Of a DNA stretch of 55,140 nt, positions 38,242 to 46,367 are shown in pieces. The position numbers and the translations under genes were made by a program. The stretch is from positions 1-55,140 of the forward strand of contig CAVKUP010000002.1 in the NCBI GenBank assembly GCA_963659735.1. The letters run 5' to 3'. The notes below the pieces were generated by a model. The model saw only the letters and a program-made list of their open reading frames with translations. It did no database searches and was not told the origin of the DNA. Source of the DNA: a bacterium (GTDB lineage Bacteria; Bacillota_I; Bacilli_A; RF39; UBA660). Each line of letters begins with the position of its first letter. The first letter of the stretch is position 1.

Positions 38242-39237
38242 TTAGCTTAATTTTTTTAAATAACCTAATGCTTCTTCAAACGTTTTTACACAAACTATAT
38301 CAATATCATAATTATATTTTTCTTTTATTTTTTTAGCTTCTTTATAATTTTCTAAAGGCACTAAAAATATATCAGCTTTATTTTTATAAGCACCTATTAA
38401 CTTATACTTAACACCACTTATCTCACCAACATTACCATCCTCATCAATCGTACCAGTTCCAACAACCTTTTTACCACCAGTTAAATCAATCTTATTTAAA
38501 TTAGAATATATAGTAAGTGTAAGCATTAAACCACCAGATGAACCAGATTCAGATTTTTTAAAATTAAACTTAATATTTTTATTAGATTTTATATCAAATG
38601 TTTGTGTAATTACAGCTCCAACTTTAGGACTATTACTAACATTAATTAAAGTAGCCTTCCTAACTTTATTTTTTCCATTTATATTCTTAACATTTATTGT
38701 AACCTTATCACCTATTTTTTTAGATGCAATATATTCAAATAATGTATTTTTATTATCAATATTTTTTCCATCAACCTTTAATATTTGATCACCTATTTTT
38801 AAATTCGTATTAGCCTTTTCATCAATATAAGTAATATATACCTTATTATTTGTAATCTTATAATTAATATTAGAATTCTTATAAGCAACTAATAAAGCCG
38901 TATCATTAGCCTCTTCTAAAAGCATCTTATTACGATACTCCATTTCTTTAATAGTTTCATTATCACTCTTAACATCAGTCTCTTTTTCTACATCCCAATT
39001 ATCATTTATAAAAGAATAAAGAAGTAATGCTGGAGTTGCATGAATCTCAGAAACATATGCCATATTTAAACTACCCTTCATACTAAAAGTAGAATTTATT
39101 TTATCCTTAGTATTTATAAGACCACCTGGTGCGGATATATAATATGGTAAATTAATTAGGAAAAAACATAAAATTAAAACATAAACTAAAATAGCTTTAT
39201 AATAATCTTTAATAAAATTTTTTATTTTTTTAAACAT
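38242..39237 (-). CDS. PDZ domain plus Lon-like (S16) protease domain protein, YlbL/SepM family
   Basis: N-terminal TM, PDZ (IGDQILKVDGKNI), and a C-terminal SGSSGGLMLTL Ser-protease motif of the Lon_C type. Confidence 0.75.
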   Translation of the reverse strand: MFKKIKNFIKDYYKAILVYVLILCFFLINLPYYISAPGGLINTKDKINSTFSMKGSLNMAYVSEIHATPALLLYSFINDNWDVEKETDVKSDNETIKEMEYRNKMLLEEANDTALLVAYKNSNINYKITNNKVYITYIDEKANTNLKIGDQILKVDGKNIDNKNTLFEYIASKKIGDKVTINVKNINGKNKVRKATLINVSNSPKVGAVITQTFDIKSNKNIKFNFKKSESGSSGGLMLTLTIYSNLNKIDLTGGKKVVGTGTIDEDGNVGEISGVKYKLIGAYKNKADIFLVPLENYKEAKKIKEKYNYDIDIVCVKTFEEALGYLKKLS

Positions 39238-39283
39238 ATTTACTTCCTTTCTTTAATAAATTTATTTACTAAAAGGTGAAATT

Positions 39284-40255
39284 ATGAAAAAAATCACAAG
39301 CATAATAATTATGATAATATTAATTTTTATTGGTTTTGAAATATTAACCGAATCAGAAAGTATCTTAAATTCAGTTAATTTTTCTCTAAACATCTTTAAA
39401 AATAATATTTTCCCTTCCCTATTTCCATTTTTTGTTTTATCTAACCTATTAATAAAATGTGGACTTCCAGAATTTATGGGATGTCTATTTAAAAACATAA
39501 TGAATAAACTATTTAAAATAAAAGGAATAACAGCATTCATATTCTTTATGAGCATCCTATCAGGAAATCCCTCAAATGCGAAATATACAAAAGAACTTTA
39601 TTTAGAAGGAAAAATAAATAAATACGAAGCAACAAAAATACTATGTTTTACCTGCTTTACTAATCCCTTATTCATACTAGGAACAATATCATATACATTT
39701 TTAAATAATAAAGAAGTTGGTATTCTCATATTAATATGCCATTACCTAGGAAATATAATAATAGGACTAGCATTAAGAAACTACCATCCGTCAAAAGAAG
39801 AAAAAGAAAAAACAAGCCTTAAAAAAGCAATACGTGCAATGCACCAAAAAAGAATCAGTAATAAAGAAAGTTTTGGTATTATCATTACTAATTCTTTAAT
39901 TAATAGTATTAATACATTACTTTTAATATTAGGCGTCATCACCATGTGTTTAGTATTAACCACAATAATCGATAATAACCTAAATTTAAATAGTATATTT
40001 CAAAGTACTTTAAATGGTTTTGTTGAAATAACTCAAGGATTAAAATATATAAGCCTTGAACAAATACCATTAAAAATTAAAGCCGTATTAACTGTAATGA
40101 TATTATCATTCTCAGGTTTCAGTATCCATATTCAAATCATGAGCATCCTATCAGATACAGATATAAAATACCTACCATTTTTGTGCTCTAGAATATCCCA
40201 TGCCTTAATATCTTCATTATTAATGTTTTTACTATTTGATATATGTATACTATAA
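39284..40255 (+). CDS. Sporulation integral membrane protein YlbJ-like (nucleoside-recognition-domain family)
   Basis: Polytopic, 323 aa. Its position next to a ylbL-like gene matches Bacillus. Confidence 0.65.
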   Translation: MKKITSIIIMIILIFIGFEILTESESILNSVNFSLNIFKNNIFPSLFPFFVLSNLLIKCGLPEFMGCLFKNIMNKLFKIKGITAFIFFMSILSGNPSNAKYTKELYLEGKINKYEATKILCFTCFTNPLFILGTISYTFLNNKEVGILILICHYLGNIIIGLALRNYHPSKEEKEKTSLKKAIRAMHQKRISNKESFGIIITNSLINSINTLLLILGVITMCLVLTTIIDNNLNLNSIFQSTLNGFVEITQGLKYISLEQIPLKIKAVLTVMILSFSGFSIHIQIMSILSDTDIKYLPFLCSRISHALISSLLMFLLFDICIL

Positions 40256-40693
40256 AATATTATAATAATAAACCGCTTTATATTCATATGGCTTATTTAA
40301 ATTATCACTTTTTAAATTAAACTTTACCTTTAAAAAACAGTTTTTTCCTTCACAATTATTATTTAATTCATAATCAGATATACCAACACCATCTGGTAAA
40401 TTAAAATTTTGATTATTAATAGTAACACTATTATTATTAATAACTATTTTACTTTCATCACTAATTGTACAAGTATTATTACTACAACTAATGACCTGTG
40501 AATTTGAAGATAAATTAACTTTTATATTTTTTGAAATAACTCCCATTTTTTCTTGTATTGTTGTCTTTAAAGAAGTTTCTATGAAAACATCTTTTATTTC
40601 TATAAGAACTTCAAAAAGAAAAACAACAATAACCATTGTTAAAGCAAATGAAGCTATTAATTCAACAACAGTAAATCCTTTATTGTTTTTCAT
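40250..40693 (-). CDS. Type IV pilin / pseudopilin, 147 aa
   Basis: MKNNKG-FTVVELIASFALTMVIVVFLF is a canonical prepilin leader with Glu at +5. AAGGAGG RBS. Confidence 0.8.
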   Translation of the reverse strand: MKNNKGFTVVELIASFALTMVIVVFLFEVLIEIKDVFIETSLKTTIQEKMGVISKNIKVNLSSNSQVISCSNNTCTISDESKIVINNNSVTINNQNFNLPDGVGISDYELNNNCEGKNCFLKVKFNLKSDNLNKPYEYKAVYYYNIL

Positions 40694-40761
40694 AATCTAC
40701 CTCCTTAATTATATAGATTAAAGCTAATTTCTTCTGTAAAAAAGATAACATTATAGCTAAA

Positions 40762-40789
40762 ATTGACACAAAAGTAACTAAAACTATAA
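40762..40789 (+). promoter_or_regulatory. Orphan consensus promoter (TTGACA-16-TATAAT) pointing into the GC-rich element
   Basis: Exact hexamers at 40762-40767 and 40784-40789. No plus-strand ORF follows. Confidence 0.5.
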
Positions 40790-40796
40790 TCAAATT

Positions 40797-40951
40797 TTAA
40801 CTTTAACGTTTTTATATTAGCATTTATAAAATGTGGATAAGACCTGTTCAGACTTGTGTTGCACTTGGGGCCTGAACTTTTGGCGAGGCATGCGCTTCGC
40901 TAGCCTCGCTCATGCACCTCCTTCGGAGGCTTACGAATGTTCTTCGTTTTT
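40797..40951 (+). ncRNA. Candidate structured small RNA or RNA element (strand uncertain)
   Basis: Four consecutive hairpins: 40845-40876, 40882-40908, 40916-40928, and 40932-40946 followed by TTTTTT. My hand count gives about 55% G+C over ~105 nt, in a very AT-rich background. Confidence 0.3.
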
Positions 40952-40959
40952 TATTAGTC

Positions 40960-42423
40960 TCAATTCAAAGTATATGGACTACCCTCAGTTCCTTCTCCTG
41001 TTAATGTGATATCAGATGACAGATAGAAAGCTGGAAAAACACCGTAAGTGTTGACCGCATCGGCACGACTATCCAAATCACCTTCACCGCCATAGACACC
41101 AAACACATCGCAAACATCTTCACCCGAAGGCGGTGTGATTGTCCAAAGTTTACCCTTCTTTGTCTTTGTTGAAGATATCCAATTATATGTGGTACTGTTG
41201 ATATAACAATTATAACTTTCCTCATATGAAAAAATACCATGTGTACAGTAGATTGAATCTGTACTTGCATTTACATAATCACTCACATTTATTAACCCTA
41301 CTTTACCTTTCCATTTATATGCTTTCTCTTGAGTTATTGTATTTGCTAATGTTCCTTCCAAAGCATGAACTAATCCCACATTAAACAAATGCGTTGCTAT
41401 TCTACTTTGAACAGTACTTGATAAACTATTATACCAATCATTATTTAAATATGTATTCAAATATGCTTCTTTTTCTGGTAGATTATATAAGGTAGTTCCT
41501 CCTACTTCTCTTGGCATTGTTGTTATATTGTTTCCTGATGAATCTAACATAGTTGTCCTGCTTCCCCATATGTTACAACCATAATATTCTGATTCAGTTC
41601 CATTATTTCGGTAACAATAATCTGTAGATATATTTGTGTATCTTGTCCCAGCAAGAGAACTTGCATTAGATTCAAATGCTCCATATCCTAAATCAAACGG
41701 CATATCTCCAATACTACCATTTTTGATTACTTTTAATGTTCCATCTGACTCTACTGCTATTATTCTATACATATCAGAACCTAAAGTAATGTAGTTATTT
41801 GGATTCCCTCCTTTATAAACACACCTTCCTGTTTCAGTAGTATCCTTATATAATCCATCACCTGATGTAACAGTATCATTATTACATAACTCAACACCCG
41901 TAATACTACTATTTTGTTTACTAGAATCATTCATTGCTACTGTCGCAAAAGTTCCATCATTAAATTCAGCAAGCAACCTTCCTTTATTTTCCACCTTAAC
42001 AGCTGATATTTTATTAATAAAATCACGCATAGATTGAGATATATTATCATCATCATTATTATTAACATAATTTTTTATATTCAATATATCAGAAGAAGTG
42101 TAAATTACTAATTTCGCATCCATAGCTTCTAATAGGTCATTACAAAATGTACTATAATTAACGTTTATTTGACAAGTTTCATCTTTATATATAATTGTAT
42201 AAGGCTTATCAGAAGAAGTTTCAATTTTAATATTATTAGTACTTATATAATTACTAAGGGAGCCTAAATTATAAATAGACTCAACATTATTATAACTGTA
42301 GGTTGTCTTATAATTTGTTACTACATTTCTAAATTGAACAAAAAGGAAAATTAAAATTGTCAAAACAAAAGTAGATACAACTAATGACTCAGCTAATAAA
42401 AATCCCCTATTATTTCTATTCAT
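40960..42423 (-). CDS. Large prepilin-type protein (487 aa) with a Cys-rich C-terminal globular domain
   Basis: MNRNNRG-FLLAESLVVSTFVLTILIFLF has Glu at +5. The C-terminal ~300 aa is paralogous to ORF 30614-31702. Confidence 0.75.
   Translation of the reverse strand: MNRNNRGFLLAESLVVSTFVLTILIFLFVQFRNVVTNYKTTYSYNNVESIYNLGSLSNYISTNNIKIETSSDKPYTIIYKDETCQINVNYSTFCNDLLEAMDAKLVIYTSSDILNIKNYVNNNDDDNISQSMRDFINKISAVKVENKGRLLAEFNDGTFATVAMNDSSKQNSSITGVELCNNDTVTSGDGLYKDTTETGRCVYKGGNPNNYITLGSDMYRIIAVESDGTLKVIKNGSIGDMPFDLGYGAFESNASSLAGTRYTNISTDYCYRNNGTESEYYGCNIWGSRTTMLDSSGNNITTMPREVGGTTLYNLPEKEAYLNTYLNNDWYNSLSSTVQSRIATHLFNVGLVHALEGTLANTITQEKAYKWKGKVGLINVSDYVNASTDSIYCTHGIFSYEESYNCYINSTTYNWISSTKTKKGKLWTITPPSGEDVCDVFGVYGGEGDLDSRADAVNTYGVFPAFYLSSDITLTGEGTEGSPYTLN
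41522..41646. repeat. 125-bp block identical to 31158-31282
   Basis: Base-by-base comparison. Confidence 0.85.
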
Positions 42424-42521
42424 AAAATTTTACTCCTTTTTCAATTGTTTTTATTCTGAATATATTATATAATAGATTAGGGATAAAATCTAGTCCTAAA
42501 AGAACAAAGGAGCTTGATAAA

Positions 42522-43847
42522 ATGATTAGAACATTTGATTTTGCAAAGATGCCAATAGTTGATATTATAAATGAAATATTTGTTGATTCTGCTAAAAGAA
42601 ATGCGAGTGATATTCACTTTGATCCATATGAAGAATATTTATTAATTAGAATTAGAATTGATGGTATTTTAATGGATTATGCGAAAGTACCTAACGAGCA
42701 CAGAGATTATTTAACTACTAGAATTAAAACAATATCTAGAATGAATATAACCGAATCAAGATTACCACAAGATGGCGCAATTAAAGATACAATAAACGGT
42801 GTTGATTTAGATTTGCGTGTTTCAGTATTACCTGTTAGTACAGGAGAAAAAATAGTTATTCGTATTTTAGATTATACAAGAAGTATGGCGGGATTAGAAG
42901 AATTAGGCTTTAATGATGAAAATTATAAAAAAATACTAGAAATGATTAGTGTCCCAAATGGTATTATTTTAGTTACAGGGGCAACTGGAAGTGGTAAAAG
43001 TACAACTGTATATTCTATGCTTCAATATTTAAATACATCAGAAACAAATATAATTACAGTTGAAGATCCAATTGAAATGGATATTAAAGGCATCAACCAA
43101 GTTCAAACAAATTCTAAAATAGGTTTAACCTTCGCAACAGCATTAAGATCTATATTAAGACAAGATCCAAACATCATAATGATTGGAGAAATACGTGATA
43201 CCGAAACAGCAAAAATAGCCGTCAGAGCGTCAATAACTGGACACCTCGTACTTTCTACATTACATACAAATACAGCCCTAAATACCATTGAAAGATTAAT
43301 TGATATGGATGTTCAAAGATATTTACTGGCATCCGCATTAGAAGGTGTTGTTTCACAAAAATTAGCAAGAAGTCTATGTGAACATTGCCGTACGTTAAGA
43401 AAAACAAGTGATTATGAAAAAGCTATTTTTAAAACAGTATTAGGAAAAGATGTCGATGAGATATACGATGCTGAAGGATGTGAACATTGTCATGATGGTT
43501 ACAAAGGACGTGTTGCCATTCATGAAGTTTTAAGAATAAATCAAAATATTCGTGATGAGTTAAGTAACAATGCTGATAAAGAAAAAATAAGACAATTAGT
43601 TTATGGCGGTAGTAATGTTATTACAATGTTACAAGATGGTTTACAAAAAGTAGTTGAAGGAAAAACTACATTTGCAGAAATTTTAAAATTGATTGAATTA
43701 GAAGACGATGATAAAATTAGTAACAACACTTCATTAAAAGAAGCTATCATGGAAACAAAAGAAGCTATGACTGCTAAAGAAAAACAAACAAGTGAATTTT
43801 TAGGTACTAAAAATATTTATTCTGCCGATGATGTTGAAGAATTATAA
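42522..43847 (+). CDS. GspE/PilB/ComGA-family secretion/pilus assembly ATPase
   Basis: Walker A GATGSGKST, Asp box and Walker B (IIMIGEIRD), His box (TGHLVLSTLHTN), tetracysteine CEHC...CEHC. 441 aa with no N1 domain. Confidence 0.9.
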   Translation: MIRTFDFAKMPIVDIINEIFVDSAKRNASDIHFDPYEEYLLIRIRIDGILMDYAKVPNEHRDYLTTRIKTISRMNITESRLPQDGAIKDTINGVDLDLRVSVLPVSTGEKIVIRILDYTRSMAGLEELGFNDENYKKILEMISVPNGIILVTGATGSGKSTTVYSMLQYLNTSETNIITVEDPIEMDIKGINQVQTNSKIGLTFATALRSILRQDPNIIMIGEIRDTETAKIAVRASITGHLVLSTLHTNTALNTIERLIDMDVQRYLLASALEGVVSQKLARSLCEHCRTLRKTSDYEKAIFKTVLGKDVDEIYDAEGCEHCHDGYKGRVAIHEVLRINQNIRDELSNNADKEKIRQLVYGGSNVITMLQDGLQKVVEGKTTFAEILKLIELEDDDKISNNTSLKEAIMETKEAMTAKEKQTSEFLGTKNIYSADDVEEL

Positions 43848-43888
43848 ATTTTATAATTCTTTTTTAATAGAAAAAATATGAATAAAAT

Positions 43889-44353
43889 TTATTCATATTT
43901 TGCTATTGCCTTAGTAACAACACTTTTAAAATTACCTTTGGCCACGGCGGTAATAGTTCTTGTTTCGCCAGATTTTAAAGTATCACCAATATTTCCTCTT
44001 AATGTAATTACAGTATTATCATCTTTATCTTTTAACACAATATTAACATCTGATATGTTATTATCTGTATCAGTAGTATTAGTAACATCAGCAGAAAAAG
44101 TGGTATAACCATTTTCTGTTATTAAGGAAATATTTGAAAATTTTAAACCTTCATAAACCTCTTCTTTGATAATTCCCTCTTTTGTATTAGCTACTATACC
44201 TGAATCAGTTTTATCGGCAATTTTACTTTTATTTATTAATTTGTTAGATATAGTAAATCCAGCAATTAATGCAATAATTACAGCTAATATTGCAATTAAA
44301 TAATTTCTATACTTCTCTACAAATTCCAATACCTGCTTTTTTGAATTGTTCAC
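43889..44353 (-). CDS. Hypothetical single-pass membrane protein with a beta-rich extracytoplasmic domain
   Basis: TM helix LIAILAVIIALIAGFTI, then a T/N/D-rich ~100-aa domain. Confidence 0.4.
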   Translation of the reverse strand: MNNSKKQVLEFVEKYRNYLIAILAVIIALIAGFTISNKLINKSKIADKTDSGIVANTKEGIIKEEVYEGLKFSNISLITENGYTTFSADVTNTTDTDNNISDVNIVLKDKDDNTVITLRGNIGDTLKSGETRTITAVAKGNFKSVVTKAIAKYE

Positions 44354-44408
44354 ACATATCCCTACTTTCTAACAATTATTATAAGGGATTTTTAAAATAA
44401 ATTCAATA

Positions 44409-44846
44409 CTATAAAAAAGTTTTTAATTTTTCAATATATTTTTCTCCAAAATCCAAAAGATTTTTACCCAACAAAATTATTTTTTTATCAGCCGTTTTTT
44501 CATATTTTTCAATATTTTTAGTTAATTCTAAATTTCCCATTGTAAGTCCTTTTATTAACATATCAGCAATATTTGTATCACTGTTATCTTCAAGCATTTC
44601 TTTATTTATACTTAACTTTGACATTGTTTTAGTCATAAGTCCCAAATCTTTTACTTGAAGCTTATGTTTTTTTAATAATTTTTCAGTTTCTAAGGAATAT
44701 TTTTCGTAATTTTTTTTAATTTCAAAAAGCAAATCTAATATTTTATTTTCTTTTCCTTTTAAACAATTTAGTAAATCAATTGTACTTTGTAAACCCATAC
44801 TACTTGTTTGATAAATATAAGTTAATAATTCTTCATTTTCATTCAT
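44409..44846 (-). CDS. Hypothetical helical protein (~145 aa)
   Basis: ORF on the coding strand. I prefer the ATG at 44846 behind AAAGGAAG. Confidence 0.4.
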   Translation of the reverse strand: MNENEELLTYIYQTSSMGLQSTIDLLNCLKGKENKILDLLFEIKKNYEKYSLETEKLLKKHKLQVKDLGLMTKTMSKLSINKEMLEDNSDTNIADMLIKGLTMGNLELTKNIEKYEKTADKKIILLGKNLLDFGEKYIEKLKTFL

Positions 44847-44907
44847 ATATTTTCTTCCTTTCAACTATATTATTAATCAAAATAAAAAAAATATACAAAA
44901 AAGAGCT

Positions 44908-45624
44908 TTAAAGCTCCACATTATGATATACATGTTGTACATCTTCAACTTCATCTAATAAACTAAGCATTTTTTCAAATGTTTCTTTATCTTCACCAGT
45001 TAAAGTTACTTTTTCTTTAGGTAACATACTTATTTCATCTAAATCAAATTCAACTTGTGGCAGTTTAGATAAAACAGCTTCTTTAATATTATTTAAATCA
45101 TTAGGTGCGCCATAAATAATCACTTCATCATTATCCACTTCAATATCATTAATATCTAATCCAGCTTCTAATATAGCATCTAATGTTTCTTCTTCAGTTA
45201 AACCTTTAAAACTTACAATGCATAAATGATCATACATATAACTAACGCTTCCTTGTGAACCCATTTTAACATGACACTTATTAATAACAGCCCTTACATT
45301 TGAAACGCTTCTATTAACATTATCAGTTAAACAAGAAATTATAGCAGTTGAACCAGCTGGTCCAAATATTTCATAATTTGCAACTGTATAAGTTTCATCC
45401 GCACCACTATTTACCTTTTCAATAGCTCTATTAACAATATCATTTGGCACTTGATCTTTTTTAGCCTTTTCAACTAATCTTTTTAAAGAAGGATTTCCTT
45501 CTAATTCCACACCACCATTACGGGCAGCTTGATAAATTTCTTTTGCATACATTGAATATAATTTAGCTTTTGCGGCTCCTGTTTTTTGAATACTAGCCTT
45601 TCTTACTTCATATGCTCTTCCCAT
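44908..45624 (-). CDS. yebC: YebC/PmpR-family transcriptional regulator
   Basis: MGRAYEVRKASIQKTGAAKAKLYS N-terminus. 238 aa. Confidence 0.9.
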   Translation of the reverse strand: MGRAYEVRKASIQKTGAAKAKLYSMYAKEIYQAARNGGVELEGNPSLKRLVEKAKKDQVPNDIVNRAIEKVNSGADETYTVANYEIFGPAGSTAIISCLTDNVNRSVSNVRAVINKCHVKMGSQGSVSYMYDHLCIVSFKGLTEEETLDAILEAGLDINDIEVDNDEVIIYGAPNDLNNIKEAVLSKLPQVEFDLDEISMLPKEKVTLTGEDKETFEKMLSLLDEVEDVQHVYHNVEL

Positions 45625-46301
45625 GTTAAACTTCCTTTCTGTGCTTTTTTTAAAGCATTTTTTGCAGCTTCTTGTTCAGCCGACTTTTTACTATGTGATA
45701 TACCTTGACCATATATAATACCATCAATTACAACGTTTATCGTAAACTCTGGATTATGAGATGGCCCAGTTTCACTTACCAATATATATTCTAAACTCTT
45801 TTTATCAGTTTGAACATATTCTTGCAATAATGATTTATAATCATCAAAGAAATCAACTTCACGATTTTCAATTAATGGAATTACAAATTCATAAAAAAAT
45901 TCTTTAGTTTTTTTTAAACCTTGATCTAAATATAAGGCACCTAAAAATGATTCAAATATGTCAGAAACAATTGCTTTACTATATTTGCCACCATTGTCTG
46001 CTTCACCTTTACCTAATTTTAAATATTCATTTAATCCCAATTTTATTGAATACTCATAATTTGCAGTTTCACATACATAATGAGCTCTTATTTTAGTCAT
46101 TTGACCCTCATCATATTTATCACTTTTGTATAAATAATCACTCATAAGTAATTCTAAAACGGCATCACCCAAAAATTCTAAACGTTCATAACTTTTAACA
46201 TTATTTTCATTAGAATATGAAGTGTGTGAAAATGCTGTTTCATATAAATTAATATCATTTGGTTTAATTTTTAATTTTTCAAATAATTCCATCGTAATCA
46301 C
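45603..46301 (-). CDS. rnc: Ribonuclease III
   Basis: ERLEFLGDAVLEL signature and a C-terminal dsRBD (SKKSAEQEAAKNAL). Confidence 0.92.
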   Translation of the reverse strand: MITMELFEKLKIKPNDINLYETAFSHTSYSNENNVKSYERLEFLGDAVLELLMSDYLYKSDKYDEGQMTKIRAHYVCETANYEYSIKLGLNEYLKLGKGEADNGGKYSKAIVSDIFESFLGALYLDQGLKKTKEFFYEFVIPLIENREVDFFDDYKSLLQEYVQTDKKSLEYILVSETGPSHNPEFTINVVIDGIIYGQGISHSKKSAEQEAAKNALKKAQKGSLTWEEHMK

Positions 46302-46340
46302 CTTTAGTATTATAACATTTATTTATAAACTTTAAAAGTA

Positions 46341-46367
46341 AAAAATTAAAGAGAGTAGCTACTCCCC
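46341..46367 (-). terminator. Possible terminator after the thioester-domain adhesin gene
   Basis: On the minus strand a GGAGT-agct-ACTCT short stem is followed by a T-rich run. Weak. Confidence 0.35.

Noticed and set aside
39262-39555. 97-aa minus-strand ORF overlapping the 5' end of ylbJ. The 89-aa ORF at 41001-41270 inside the prepilin gene is a similar case.
   Set aside because: Both are alternative-frame or antisense ORFs inside better-supported genes, with no RBS and odd composition.
40841-40946. The GC-rich element could be a c-di-GMP riboswitch (these often regulate type IV pili in Clostridia), an SRP RNA or a 6S RNA.
   Set aside because: There is only a short resemblance (cgtaagcctccgaagg versus the GEMM-I ACGCAAAGCCUCCGG region). 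The SRP domain IV motif and 6S architecture are absent, and the element is too short. It is kept as an unclassified candidate instead.
40889-41008. 39-codon plus-strand ORF (MRFASLAHAPPSEAYECSSFFISL...) starting inside the GC-rich element, considered as a possible type I toxin.
   Set aside because: It has no properly spaced RBS, it overlaps the 3' end of the prepilin gene in antisense, and the peptide is not convincingly hydrophobic like a toxin.
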